DNA of 64,000 nt, taken from positions 640,001 to 704,000 of the forward strand of contig OZ243974.1 of NCBI GenBank assembly GCA_965214775.1, written 5' to 3'. The stretch comes from Nitrosopumilus sp. (GTDB taxonomy: Archaea; Thermoproteota; Nitrososphaeria; Nitrososphaerales; Nitrosopumilaceae). Numbering within the stretch: position 1 is the first letter of the stretch; each line of letters starts with the position of its first letter. The notes under the pieces are model-generated. The model worked only from the letters and a program-made list of their open reading frames with translations. It made no database searches and was not told the origin of the DNA. Made by a program: the position numbers and the translations under genes. Shown piece by piece: positions 50,260 to 60,742 of this stretch.

Positions 50260-51236
50260 TCCACCCTTACAGAATCTAGCCGCCAAGATTGAGTAACAAA
50301 GGCATCTTTGATTGGAACGCCAGGCTTAACTTGGGATTCTAGCAGTCCAGTCCAACAAATCTGGCTGCCGCAATCGCCTGCATATTGGATGGGAACAACA
50401 AAAAAATTGCAGCCATGCCGTTTGCAAACGTCTTTTAGCATTTCAGACAGCCTTTTGTTTGCTGCAACCCCGCCTACAACCATCAACTCTTTTTTTCTTG
50501 TAAATGACAGGGCTCTCTCTACTGCTTCGCTGATCATGGCAAAAGCAGTTTCTTGTAATGAGTAGCACGCATCGGATTTGCTTTCTTTGGCAGCAGATTT
50601 TGTGGCCGAAAGCAGTCCTGAAAAAGACACGTCGTTGCCCTTTACCGAATATGGCAATGGGACATAATTTGACGAAGACAAAGCAAGCTCTTCGATGTTT
50701 CTTCCACACGGGGATGCAAGACCGATTGAGCGCCCGAACTGGTCAAGCAATTGTCCCAGTGTAATGTCCAGTGTTTCGCCAAAAACCCTCCATTGCTTGT
50801 TTAGAAATGCAAGCAGCATGGTATGGCCCCCAGACACTAAAAGAACCAAGGGGTTTGCAGCTCCGGTAAGTAGCTTTCCTAGTTCAATGTGGCCGATTGC
50901 ATGGTTGACAGGATAAATCGGAATCCTGTAAAAGGATGCCAGTGATCTTGCCACTACGGCGCCTACCCGCAGGCATGGCCCCAGTCCAGGTCCGGCAGCA
51001 TAGGAGACAAGGTCTAAATCCCCAATGGAAACGTTGGCCTCATCCATGCACCGAGACAGAACCGCGGGGCTGCTATCAACGTGATGGCGCGATGCCTCTC
51101 TTGGATGAATTCCTTTGCCCTCCTCTGGACGAAAGACTCTTCTCACATCAGACAGAATTCTGCCTTTTTTTCCCTTCTTTTCGATTACTGCACATGAGAA
51201 CGTGTGAGCAGTGCTTTCGATTCCCAGACCCAGCAT
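50253..51236 (-). CDS. kae1: KEOPS t6A synthase Kae1
   Basis: GIESTAH, GIHPREA, VNHAIGHIE, VSGGHT, GETLD, GGVAAN. Confidence 0.96.
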   Translation of the reverse strand: MLGLGIESTAHTFSCAVIEKKGKKGRILSDVRRVFRPEEGKGIHPREASRHHVDSSPAVLSRCMDEANVSIGDLDLVSYAAGPGLGPCLRVGAVVARSLASFYRIPIYPVNHAIGHIELGKLLTGAANPLVLLVSGGHTMLLAFLNKQWRVFGETLDITLGQLLDQFGRSIGLASPCGRNIEELALSSSNYVPLPYSVKGNDVSFSGLLSATKSAAKESKSDACYSLQETAFAMISEAVERALSFTRKKELMVVGGVAANKRLSEMLKDVCKRHGCNFFVVPIQYAGDCGSQICWTGLLESQVKPGVPIKDAFVTQSWRLDSVRVDY

Positions 51237-51243
51237 CGTCCTC

Positions 51244-52440
51244 CTAGCCCCTGCTCAAAGTCGACACTATTTTGATGACGTCCCCGTTCTTCAATTTTTG
51301 ATCACCGCTGATTCTTTGCTTGGTTTTGCAGTCAATTGCGTGTAAAAATCCCTTGGCAATATCGGCATGGATCAAGCCAGCCAGATCCCTGGCAGTTGAA
51401 TCTTCAGGAAGTAGTTTTGTATCAGGCAGGATGGCCCCGTCTTTGTTGGTAAGTTTTGTCTCATCTTCAACAGGATAAACCACGATGAGCCTTAGCAAGT
51501 CAAAAACCGCGGCGTTTAAGATTTTTTGGACTCCCGTGTTGGGAATTTTGTCAAAAACCGACCTTGCTAAATCCAATGCCTTTTGCTGCGGGGGCGAAAT
51601 CTCCTTTCCCTCAACAACTGAAAATCCGTCATCGCCCAGGGAATATCTCACCAGTCCGGCCTTTGAGGCCTTGCGCAGCAGGAGTTCAGTCTCAGCACTG
51701 CACGGAATTACATTGCCGTCAATTTCTTTGATTACTTTCAAATCCAGACACAAATCTGCCTTGTTTGCAGCAGTTATCATGGGCTTTGTGTCTTTTCTGA
51801 GCTCTCGTGCAAAGGTTGCAAGATCCTCATCGTTCCATTCTTTTGGATCCCGCGAAATGAATCCAAGCTTTTGCAACACACTTTGAACTTGAAAGTCTTT
51901 GATGCCCAAGCCTGTGAAACGTTTTGCAATGCCGTCTGTAATCTTTGCCCGTTTCTGATGAATCTCCCTGGTGATTTTATCCCATTCCCGCTTTAAAATA
52001 TCGGCAAACCAAAGATCAAACTCATCTTGGACAAATTCAACATCTTCAAGCGGGTTATGGGTTCCAGGCGATACGGGCTGTCCCTGTATGTCAGTGGTTC
52101 CGGCAATGTCAACTACATGAATCAAAACTTCAGCTTGTCTTGCATCATCAAGAAACTGGTTTCCCAGTCCCTTGCCCTCGTGGGCCCCCGGAACCAATCC
52201 AGCAATGTCAATCAGCTTGACTGGCACGAATCTGCCCCCATTAACGCACAGGTCATTTTGATGTTCAATTTTGAAATGCCTGCAAGCACAGTCAGCTTTT
52301 ACATATGCGACGCCAACATTTGGCTTGATGGTTGTAAATGGGAAATTTCCAGACGCTGCGGGAGTCTGAGTTGCCGCAGAAAAGAAGGTAGATTTTCCAA
52401 CGTTTGCTTTTCCTAGTAATCCTATTTGCAACAATCTCAA
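51244..52440 (-). CDS. ychF: YchF/Obg-family GTPase
   Basis: GKANVGKST, FPFTTI, DIAGL, NKAD, TGS domain. Confidence 0.92.
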   Translation of the reverse strand: MRLLQIGLLGKANVGKSTFFSAATQTPAASGNFPFTTIKPNVGVAYVKADCACRHFKIEHQNDLCVNGGRFVPVKLIDIAGLVPGAHEGKGLGNQFLDDARQAEVLIHVVDIAGTTDIQGQPVSPGTHNPLEDVEFVQDEFDLWFADILKREWDKITREIHQKRAKITDGIAKRFTGLGIKDFQVQSVLQKLGFISRDPKEWNDEDLATFARELRKDTKPMITAANKADLCLDLKVIKEIDGNVIPCSAETELLLRKASKAGLVRYSLGDDGFSVVEGKEISPPQQKALDLARSVFDKIPNTGVQKILNAAVFDLLRLIVVYPVEDETKLTNKDGAILPDTKLLPEDSTARDLAGLIHADIAKGFLHAIDCKTKQRISGDQKLKNGDVIKIVSTLSRG

Positions 52441-52506
52441 AAACTCGATTCTACTTATTAGTATTGCAGAAATCGTTTAATCATCAACTTGTAAGATGAT
52501 GATCGT

Positions 52507-53076
52507 ATGGCAATTGTGATAACTGGCAATCCGGGAGTCGGAAAGCATACCGTTGCAAGGGAGATATCCCGAAAAAGGCACCTAAAGGTGATAGACATCA
52601 ACGAGATTGCCAAAAGTGAAAATTTGTGCGAGACAGGAGGCGACAAGGCAAACGACGTGGATGCCGAAAAGCTAAAAGAGGCTTTGAAGCAGAAGATCTC
52701 TTTAAAATCAGTTGTTGTCGGACATCTGGCTCCGTATGTTCTAGATAAAAGCCAGGTTGAAGGTGTGATCGTTTTGAGAAGAAACCCGTATGATCTTTTG
52801 AATGTGTACGAAAAAAGGGGGTACACAGATGAGAAAAGCAGAGAAAACGCAGGCAGTGAGATTTTAGGAGTGACTGCGTTTGATGCAATGGGACAATTCG
52901 GAGAAGAAAAGGTGGTTGAAATTAACGTGACTGGTAAAAAAATTCGGGAGATAGTGGAAATTATCGATTCGATGGTGATGACGGTGAACCCTAGAAAAAA
53001 AGAATCCGTGGGGGAGGTTGACTGGCTTGAGATGGTGGCAAAAAACGACGACCTGAAAAAATTCTTTGTTGATTAA
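52507..53076 (+). CDS. AK6/Fap7-type adenylate kinase
   Basis: ITGNPGVGK, VVVGH, RGY..EK..EN. Confidence 0.88.
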   Translation: MAIVITGNPGVGKHTVAREISRKRHLKVIDINEIAKSENLCETGGDKANDVDAEKLKEALKQKISLKSVVVGHLAPYVLDKSQVEGVIVLRRNPYDLLNVYEKRGYTDEKSRENAGSEILGVTAFDAMGQFGEEKVVEINVTGKKIREIVEIIDSMVMTVNPRKKESVGEVDWLEMVAKNDDLKKFFVD

Positions 53077-53118
53077 TTAATTGATTAAATAAATAACACT
53101 CAAAAAATAGAAGAACAG

Positions 53119-54627
53119 TTGTTTGAGATTTCAAAGACGGACCTGGCCGGCAGGATAGGAAGGATTGAGACAAATCACGGGAGGATTGATACTCCTGCCT
53201 ATGTTCCTGTAATCCATCCCGTAAAGCAGACAATTCCGTCAAAAAAAATCAGAGAGATTGGATTTGACTTGGTAATTACAAATGCATACATTACGAAAAA
53301 CAGCTATGGGCAAGAAGCAATCAAAAAAGGAATTCACGGGATTATCGATTATGACAGGGCAGTAATGACGGACTCTGGGGGATATCAGGTTCTAGAATAT
53401 GGAGATGTCCGGGTTGCGCCAGCAGAGATGGCAGAATTTGAAAAAGGGATAATGGCGGACTTTGCAATACCGTTAGACAAGCCAACAGGCTTTGGATTGC
53501 CAATAAAAAAGGCAGAAGCCTATGTAAGGCACACGCTTAAAGTTTGCAGGCAAACCATAGATGGTAGCGATGATAACGGACAGATCTGGATTGGCCCGAT
53601 TCAGGGAGGAGAGCATTTTGATCTTGTTGCAAAATCGGCCAAAGGCCTCGTCAAAATGGGATACAAGATGTTGGCATTGGGAAGTCCAGTCGAATTCATG
53701 GAGTCATACGAGTACAGACTGCTAGCCCAAATGATTGCTGCGGCAAAAAAACAAATCCCGCACAACATTCCACTGCATCTGTTTGGGGCAGGCCATCCCC
53801 TAACCATTCCATTTGCAGTGGCTCTGGGTTGCGATACGTTTGATTCGGCATCCTACATGCTGTATGCAAGGCAGAATAGGTACATTGCCGAAGATGGGAC
53901 ACGGAATTTATCAGAGATTGCTGTTTTTCCATGTCATTGCAAAGTCTGCTCAAAATTTACCCCAGACGAATTAAGGGAGCTAGAATCTGCCGACAGAATT
54001 AACCAGTTGGCCATCCATAATCTGTATGCAATAAAATTAGAAATGGACAAGGTAAAACAGGCAATCTACGAAGGCAGGTTGTGGGAATACGTGATTAAGA
54101 AGGCTAGGGCACATCCAAAGCTCTTTGAGATGGCTCAAGTAATGACTGAAAATGCGGAATTTCTGAAAATTTCAACTCCAAAGTTTAAAGAAAAGGCGGT
54201 TTTTCTGTTTGGCACAGAGGATCAGTACAGGCCAGAGGTTCAATCGTTTCATGAGATGACAAGGAGATTCAGATCAAAGAAAAGCAGAGTCCTCATAACA
54301 AAAGAGTCGTCTGCAAAGCCAGGATATCTTTCTGGTCAGTACGTGAGCCTGCAGAAAAAAACCAGAGATTTTGACGGAGTTCAGATCTGCCAGTACAACC
54401 CCCAGATAGGAATAATTCCAATAGAGATTTCAGATGTCTTTCCGGCTGCGCACCATGAAACATCGCGTTTAGATTTTGATCCCAGAGAATTTCCTGAATT
54501 TGAAAAGACGTGGAGGGCATTTTTTGAGGGCAACAGGTTTTCAGAAATCACATATGATAAGGAAGACAATTTTTTGAAACATTTTGTCAAAATGCTGCCA
54601 AAAGAGATTGGGAGAAGATCCTTGTAG
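53119..54627 (+). CDS. tgtA: tRNA-guanine(15) transglycosylase (archaeosine pathway)
   Basis: TDSGGYQ, HLFGAGHP, GCDTFDSASY, CHCKVC, HNL. Confidence 0.95.
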   Translation: MFEISKTDLAGRIGRIETNHGRIDTPAYVPVIHPVKQTIPSKKIREIGFDLVITNAYITKNSYGQEAIKKGIHGIIDYDRAVMTDSGGYQVLEYGDVRVAPAEMAEFEKGIMADFAIPLDKPTGFGLPIKKAEAYVRHTLKVCRQTIDGSDDNGQIWIGPIQGGEHFDLVAKSAKGLVKMGYKMLALGSPVEFMESYEYRLLAQMIAAAKKQIPHNIPLHLFGAGHPLTIPFAVALGCDTFDSASYMLYARQNRYIAEDGTRNLSEIAVFPCHCKVCSKFTPDELRELESADRINQLAIHNLYAIKLEMDKVKQAIYEGRLWEYVIKKARAHPKLFEMAQVMTENAEFLKISTPKFKEKAVFLFGTEDQYRPEVQSFHEMTRRFRSKKSRVLITKESSAKPGYLSGQYVSLQKKTRDFDGVQICQYNPQIGIIPIEISDVFPAAHHETSRLDFDPREFPEFEKTWRAFFEGNRFSEITYDKEDNFLKHFVKMLPKEIGRRSL

Positions 54628-54700
54628 GAAATCAATACGCAGATGCATCACATGAAAATTGAAATAAAAAATAAGAAAAAAGAATGTGCAAAGACTCGGC

Positions 54701-55003
54701 CTACAAAGCCGCGTCTTCTGCCCAACCGTTGATGAAGACACCGTTTTTGTGAAGAGGTACTGGTTGTCCAGCAGTGTAATTCATAGGTCTCATCCAAAAG
54801 ATTGACTTTGTCGGGCACACGCCGATGCATGCGCCGTCAGAAATACATCTTTCTGGATAAAATACAAATGCTTTACCTCTCTTCCAGCCTTCAACAGGTT
54901 TTACTCTAAGGACATCTGGACCCAGAGACGTACAGATTTCTACACACAGTGCACATCCGATACATCTTTGCTCATCGATGTCTGGAAGTATTGCTATTGG
55001 CAT
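54701..55003 (-). CDS. 4Fe-4S ferredoxin
   Basis: CIGCALCVEIC and CISDGACIGVCP. Confidence 0.92.
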   Translation of the reverse strand: MPIAILPDIDEQRCIGCALCVEICTSLGPDVLRVKPVEGWKRGKAFVFYPERCISDGACIGVCPTKSIFWMRPMNYTAGQPVPLHKNGVFINGWAEDAAL

Positions 55004-55153
55004 TACAAAGTAAGAGTTGCTTGGAGACTATTTAAACCATGATTGAAATGTATAACCCTGTTATGAAGGAAGAAGTTGATAGGCAGGAGATCATGCGCAA
55101 AAAACATCAAACTCAAAAATTGAAAAAACAAAAAGATAACGTGATTTTCACGT

Positions 55154-55366
55154 TTATTTTCTCATTGCGTCTATTTGACCAGAGGTAACCCAGTCAAGTA
55201 ATTCTGCAGAAGAAGGATTAAGGTCTGCCTTCTGGTTCATCAGATTGTTAACCCAAATCCAGTTAATCTGGTTAAGGAGAGGTTTGTTTGCTTCGTCACC
55301 AGCACGTGTTTTAGCGACGACGGCTTGATCTTGTTGCCCTAACCATTCTTGGAAGCTTCTTCCCAT
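55154..55366 (-). CDS. Small conserved-looking hypothetical protein (70 aa)
   Basis: Clean ORF with its own TATA-like element and T-rich terminator. Confidence 0.75.
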   Translation of the reverse strand: MGRSFQEWLGQQDQAVVAKTRAGDEANKPLLNQINWIWVNNLMNQKADLNPSSAELLDWVTSGQIDAMRK

Positions 55367-55479
55367 GAGGATCGGATCTTAGCTTGCACTAATTAAAGCT
55401 TTTGAAGATTCTATACTAGGCATAATGATTGAATCGGCACTAGGAAGGTTTTAACGTAGATGTAAAATCAGGATAGTTC

Positions 55480-56748
55480 TTGGATGTCAAGGTTTTAGGC
55501 GCTGCCAACGAGGTGGGCAGATCTGGGTTTTTGGTCCATTGCAAAGGAGGTACCAATCTGCTGCTCGATTACGGGGTAATGTTTGGAAAAAGAGGCACCC
55601 CTCCGGAATATCCCCTGCATGTCAAACCCAAGGATGTGGACGGAATCATCATAACTCATGCCCACCTAGACCATTCAGGAAACGTTCCATCCTTGTTTGT
55701 GAGTGGGGATACGGACGTCTATGCTACACCTCCAACATTTGACTTGTCAAAACTGCTCATCGAAGACATGCTCAAAATCGAAAAAAATTCCCATCCGTTT
55801 GATTTGCCTGAACTAAACAACATGATGAGAAACGCCAAACCTGTCGGATACAGGCAAAAAGTCGCCAAAGGCAACGCAACATTTGAGCTAAGAGAGTCAG
55901 GACATGTGATCGGGGGAAGTACCGTACTTGTAGAGTCAGAGGGAAGGCGGCTGCTTTACACGGGCGACATCAAAACAAACGGCTCTAGAATGCTGCGGGA
56001 AACGGATTTGGATCTTGGTGAGATTGATCTGTTAATCACCGAAAGCACCTACTCTCAAACAGAGCAAAAGCCAAGAAAAGAATCAGAGAGGGAACTAGTC
56101 GAGTTTGCAAATGAAGTCATGGACAGAAAGGGAACCCTGTTCATTCCGTCATTTTCTGTAGAACGTTCTCAAGAGATGGCGTGCATTCTAAAAAATGCGA
56201 ATTTCAGGCATCGGATAATCATGGACGGGATGGCATTAAAGGTAAACGAGATAATGTTCAAGCATCCCAGATATCTCAGGGATCCCAAGGTTTTTGCCAA
56301 TGCAATCAACAGTTCGTTATCAATCAGGGAACATTCTCAAAGAAAGCGCGCGATGGAAGAGCCGTGCGTTGTGATCTCCCCTGCCGGGATGCTGGTCGGA
56401 GGCAATGCAGTTTACTATTTGCAGCAGCTGGCATTTGATGACAGAAATGGGATTGCGCTGGTTTCCTACCAGGGGGACGGCACGCCGGGAAGAAAGTTGC
56501 TTGAAACAGGCAAGGTGTCAACTAGGGGAAGGGATCTAAAGGTCACAGCAGAGGTCAGGAAGTTCGAGTTTTCAGGTCATGCTGACAGAAACGAACTGTT
56601 TGACATGGTTTCAAAAATCAAGGGAAATCCCAAGGTTTTGACAGTGCATGGCGATGCTGACTCGTGCTCAAACTTCGCTCAAGAGATTCATGAAAAATTC
56701 GGTTTTGAGGCACATGCCCCAAACGTAAATGAGACAGTAACCGTCTGA
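55480..56748 (+). CDS. MBL-fold beta-CASP ribonuclease (aCPSF2-like)
   Basis: EVGRS, THAHLDHSG, GHVIG, YTGD, ESTY, FSGHAD, VHGD. Confidence 0.92.
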   Translation: MDVKVLGAANEVGRSGFLVHCKGGTNLLLDYGVMFGKRGTPPEYPLHVKPKDVDGIIITHAHLDHSGNVPSLFVSGDTDVYATPPTFDLSKLLIEDMLKIEKNSHPFDLPELNNMMRNAKPVGYRQKVAKGNATFELRESGHVIGGSTVLVESEGRRLLYTGDIKTNGSRMLRETDLDLGEIDLLITESTYSQTEQKPRKESERELVEFANEVMDRKGTLFIPSFSVERSQEMACILKNANFRHRIIMDGMALKVNEIMFKHPRYLRDPKVFANAINSSLSIREHSQRKRAMEEPCVVISPAGMLVGGNAVYYLQQLAFDDRNGIALVSYQGDGTPGRKLLETGKVSTRGRDLKVTAEVRKFEFSGHADRNELFDMVSKIKGNPKVLTVHGDADSCSNFAQEIHEKFGFEAHAPNVNETVTV

Positions 56749-56749
56749 A

Positions 56750-57592
56750 ATGCAGGATTTTAACATAATCAATGTCGAGGATACGGTTCAAAGCGGCCAG
56801 GTATTTCTTTGGCAAAAGACAGGCGGTTACTGGTACGGTGTCAATGGCCGGAATATTCTAAGGGTGGACAGTCTTGGCAAAATCAGGTCGTTGAAAAAGG
56901 GCGGCTCGGACTTTTTTAGGCAAAGCGACGATTTGGAGAAAATAATCAAGGCAATCTCAAAGGATTCTGCAATAAAAGAGGCAGTCAAAAAGTATCTTGG
57001 CCTGCGAATAATGAATCAGGATCCATTCCAGTGCGCCATCTCTTTTATCGCTTCGTCAAATTCCAACATTCAAAAAATCAAAATATGCTTGGAAAGACTA
57101 TGTGAGAAGTTAGGTGAGAAGGTAGAGTTTGACAGAAAAGAGTTTTTTCTCTTTCCAGAGCCAGAAAAGCTTGCAGGGTCATCCGTCAAAGAAATCATGG
57201 GATGCGGGACGGGATACCGCTCGGAGTTCATCCGGCATGCGGCAGAGATGGCAGCTGGGGGGAAGATTGATTTTGACGTACTGAGAAAAATGCCCTACCT
57301 CCAAGCAAGAGAAGAAATCTGCAGGGTTCCCGGAATCGGGAGCAAGGTTGCCGACTGCGTCATGCTGTTTTCACTGAACAAACTCGAGGCATTTCCTCTG
57401 GACAGGTGGATGGTCAGAACTCTGGCCAAGTACTATCCGGATTTTCGTCTGGAAGCAGACAAGGCGATTTCTAAAAGACGGTATGAGCTGCTGCATGAAA
57501 AAATCGTAGGATATTTTGGCATGTATGCAGGATATGCCCAGCAGTTTCTGTTCAAGATGGAACGGGAAGACGCCGGCAAAAAATGGCTGTAA
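56750..57592 (+). CDS. 8-oxoguanine DNA glycosylase (Ogg1-type)
   Basis: SGQVFLW, FIASSNSNI, GYR, PGIGSKVADC...FPLD, AGYAQQFLF. Confidence 0.9.
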   Translation: MQDFNIINVEDTVQSGQVFLWQKTGGYWYGVNGRNILRVDSLGKIRSLKKGGSDFFRQSDDLEKIIKAISKDSAIKEAVKKYLGLRIMNQDPFQCAISFIASSNSNIQKIKICLERLCEKLGEKVEFDRKEFFLFPEPEKLAGSSVKEIMGCGTGYRSEFIRHAAEMAAGGKIDFDVLRKMPYLQAREEICRVPGIGSKVADCVMLFSLNKLEAFPLDRWMVRTLAKYYPDFRLEADKAISKRRYELLHEKIVGYFGMYAGYAQQFLFKMEREDAGKKWL

Positions 57593-57625
57593 ACCCTTAA
57601 AATGGCAGTTGATCGGTAGGTTTTT

Positions 57626-57700
57626 GGGCCCATAGCTCAGCATGGATAGAGTGTTGGACTTCTAATCCAATGGTCAAGGGATCGAAGCCCTTTGGGCCCG
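57626..57700 (+). tRNA. tRNA-Arg(TCT)
   Basis: GGGCCCA/TGGGCCC acceptor stem; TTGGA-CTTCTAA-TCCAA anticodon arm. Confidence 0.92.
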
Positions 57701-57848
57701 TACGTGCTTCCCGGACATTTGAGACGGCATTTTTTTACAGCTGGGTGAAAAGTGTTAAAAAATCGAGTAAAAACAGACAGGGCAGGCAAGGGGTACTGCG
57801 TCTCAATATCAGGACAAAAACAACAACCTAGTTTACTTTTCACTTGGC

Positions 57849-57938
57849 TGAGGGTTTACCCCTAATGCGGCATTGCCGATCAGGGCCTTTATGATCATGC
57901 CTGCCACGCCGTATCCTCCGGTGGGGGTAAGAACTCCC
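57849..57938. mobile_element. MITE family A, copy 2 (inverted, diverged)
   Basis: Reverse complement contains GATACGGCGTGGCAGGC.TGATCAT and AGGGGTAAAC, colinear with 1275-1365. Confidence 0.75.
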
Positions 57939-58219
57939 ATATCAAATGATTCCGGTTCCCTGCACGGGCCGCTGCAAGTCTGTGTTTTTCAGTCAGACGC
58001 ATCTCCTGTCATACAGCAAACGCAAGCCCTCACAACTATCAAAAAAACCCACTATTTAGTGGCTCCCCAGATCTCAGTTTAGCGTTTTTACCCACGCCTG
58101 ATCAATTTTTACTCATGAAAAAATCGAGTGCAGTTCTGATTGCACCTGAAATCAGTCATGCAACAAAGACTGATGGCCTAACAAAACCATTATTATTCCA
58201 AATCGCATCTTCATCTCTT

Positions 58220-58588
58220 ATGGGAGATCTAGAATTCAAACTAAATTCCACTGAGATCAAGCCAAGATCAAACATCATTGGAGAGATTTCCGTCTCTTAT
58301 CCGGGAAGATATGACGGAGTTGTAATCAATACGACAATATCAGACTCAAATGAACACATTGTTTACAAATCCTATAACGAAAGAAAAATCTCAAAAAACG
58401 TTTCCAGGTTATTCATCAGCAGGGATGCCATGCCTCAAGACAGAGCAGTTTTTACGGCATTAATCGAATTTGTCCCAGAACAGGTGGATGGACGGCTGCG
58501 ACGACACGAGGTAAAGTTCAGGGCCTCAATTATTGAGCAGCATAAAGAAATTGAGAGTAAAGTAATTTTTGCAGGATATTCCAGCTAG
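58220..58588 (+). CDS. Hypothetical protein
   Basis: Likely start MGDLEFK at 58220; beta-rich; YPGRYDGVVINT. Confidence 0.7.
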   Translation: MGDLEFKLNSTEIKPRSNIIGEISVSYPGRYDGVVINTTISDSNEHIVYKSYNERKISKNVSRLFISRDAMPQDRAVFTALIEFVPEQVDGRLRRHEVKFRASIIEQHKEIESKVIFAGYSS

Positions 58589-59052
58589 AATCGGCTCTTC
58601 TCTATTGAGATTTCACCTTTCATCCAAGGATGAGGCTGGCAGAAATAATGAAGATCTTCTCTTGGCTCTGTAAACAAGAATTCATAGGTATCGCCAGGTT
58701 TTATGACTCCCGGAGAGCCAAAGCTGCCGCTATATCCATCTGCATATCTGTGGTCAGGAGTAACGGTGTGGGCAGTGTCATCATTGTTTATCCATCTGAC
58801 ATTGTTTGTAAACTTGAGCAATACTGTCGGGTCGTTTGGAACATAGTTTTCGTTGCCTTCGGTTACTGCACCTGGAACAATCTCAATTAGGAAGAACTCT
58901 TCTTCGGGATGTAAGATATGATCATCCACTGATGGCTTTGCCAATGACTCTGGAAGATAAAATGATGTGTAAAAGACAGTAACGGCAGACAGGGCTACGA
59001 TGAATGCAATGGCTCCAATCCCATAAGCGTGACTAGATGTAGGGGCAGCCAT
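58585..59052 (-). CDS. Membrane-anchored blue (type 1) copper protein, complex III partner
   Basis: N-terminal TM helix; WINNDDTAHTVT and YFCQPHPWMKG; downstream of cytochrome b. Confidence 0.9.
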   Translation of the reverse strand: MAAPTSSHAYGIGAIAFIVALSAVTVFYTSFYLPESLAKPSVDDHILHPEEEFFLIEIVPGAVTEGNENYVPNDPTVLLKFTNNVRWINNDDTAHTVTPDHRYADGYSGSFGSPGVIKPGDTYEFLFTEPREDLHYFCQPHPWMKGEISIEKSRF

Positions 59053-59107
59053 GTTTAGCTGATCATCCCCCTCAAGTTCTTATAAAGCTTGGCTGAAATT
59101 TTTGAGA

Positions 59108-60742
59108 TCATGGTTTATTCTTCAAATCCGCTGAGCCGATGTTAGTGTTCGGGTCTGCGCCTGCTACTCCAAGATCTGCCTGAGTTGTTTTTGGAGTCGG
59201 AACTTGGGCCGGAATTTCTTTTGGTCTAGGATCACCATCATCGCCACCATCATCATCGCCACCATCACTGCGGCCAGACGAAGAGTCCCCTTCTGGAAGT
59301 TTGCCCGGTTCTTCTGCAGCTTCGGGTTCTGCAAGTTTTGGTTTCTCTTCTTCAGCGGCGACCAGAGGTGGCGGCGGAGGAGCATTCTTTTGCTCGCTCA
59401 TTCCATACCTGTAGATGTGGAAGAACGCTGCAAAAACCAAGAGTATGATTCCAACAAACAGCAATGAGACATTCTTCATTCCGGTTAGTGCCGCATTATA
59501 TGCTGCAATGTTGAGGAACACTTGGAATGCCAGCAATGCAATTAAAAGCATGTTGATCCATTTTTCAGACAGGTTGATCGAGGCCACCTTTCTTGGGCCG
59601 CTGTCCTTTGCAAGCTTGGATTTTCTTTCTGCCTCATTTGCAAGCTTGATCATCATGTAGGTAAATCCAAATCCTAGTGGAACCAGCAGGATCATTACGG
59701 AATAAAAGAACACCGGATCGATTACCAAGCGCTCCACTAACGGAACTGAGATGTCAGGGGAGATGTAGAATCCCCAGTAGGTTGTAACCATGATTTGTGC
59801 AAGGCTGGTAATTCCAAATGCAGTGATGATAGGCCTGTCTCTCCAAGAGAATTTCTTGTATCTGTCAATGAAGGGGATTAACACCAGGGATATAATGAAT
59901 ATCAACGGCCACAGCAGACCGGTAACAAACTTGTCATACTGTGTTCTCATGAAAGCGTAGATTCCAGTCAGATACCATTCAGGCACTGTAACTCCGGGAG
60001 GAACCGATGGTTCAAACTTGAACCCCAGGTCAATTGGGAAGACGCCGCCCGTAATCAGAATGGCACCAGAGATTGCCATCACCATTGGAACGTCAAACAC
60101 CAGGAACCTTGGGAAGTGCACTGCCATCAATCCCAGCATGACAATGGGCAACAAGAACACGTGCTGGGCATAAAACCTTAACACAAAGTCTGAAAATCCG
60201 CTGCCCAGCGCCGCATCGCGAATCGTCGGCCCCACCACGGGAATGGAGGTGGTCAGCGACGCGGCAATGCTAATTGCAAGTTCGGCTCTTTCGCTGAAAA
60301 TAACATCATATCCCGTAAATGCCTCAAGAATTGTCACAACGCCAAGAATGACGCCAGTCATCCATAAGACCTCATTTCTGATTTTGTACCTTCCGCTAAA
60401 GTACTGATAGTACATGTGCAAGACTGCAAGAAGTACCATCGCATTTGAGCCATGGTAGTGGATGTTCCTGATGTGAAAACCAAACGGGACTTCATCGTTG
60501 ATAAACTGCACGCTGTCCCACGCCCTGTCAAGAATAGGCTGGTAGTAGAACATGAGCAATGCCCCCGAGATTCCGAGAATCACAAATACGATAAACGTGA
60601 GCATTCCAAGAAAGCCAAACGGGCTTACAAATCTTGCAGGGAACGAAAACTTGATTGCAGTAAAGATTGTTCTGTCTATTCCGTCCCACAGCCAGTAGAA
60701 AAAGGCAACTGTTCCAGTCCTTCGTTCAAGCGAAGCGGCCAT
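59108..60742 (-). CDS. petB: Cytochrome b of complex III
   Basis: ISGALLMFYY, RNIHYHGSN, HMY, FYAQH, PEWY. Confidence 0.95.
   Translation of the reverse strand: MAASLERRTGTVAFFYWLWDGIDRTIFTAIKFSFPARFVSPFGFLGMLTFIVFVILGISGALLMFYYQPILDRAWDSVQFINDEVPFGFHIRNIHYHGSNAMVLLAVLHMYYQYFSGRYKIRNEVLWMTGVILGVVTILEAFTGYDVIFSERAELAISIAASLTTSIPVVGPTIRDAALGSGFSDFVLRFYAQHVFLLPIVMLGLMAVHFPRFLVFDVPMVMAISGAILITGGVFPIDLGFKFEPSVPPGVTVPEWYLTGIYAFMRTQYDKFVTGLLWPLIFIISLVLIPFIDRYKKFSWRDRPIITAFGITSLAQIMVTTYWGFYISPDISVPLVERLVIDPVFFYSVMILLVPLGFGFTYMMIKLANEAERKSKLAKDSGPRKVASINLSEKWINMLLIALLAFQVFLNIAAYNAALTGMKNVSLLFVGIILLVFAAFFHIYRYGMSEQKNAPPPPPLVAAEEEKPKLAEPEAAEEPGKLPEGDSSSGRSDGGDDDGGDDGDPRPKEIPAQVPTPKTTQADLGVAGADPNTNIGSADLKNKP

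Noticed and set aside
57705-57815. Weak inverted repeat (TTGAGACG/CGTCTCAA) after tRNA-Arg
   Set aside because: Only an 8-bp core, with no TSD or second copy found; insufficient for a MITE call
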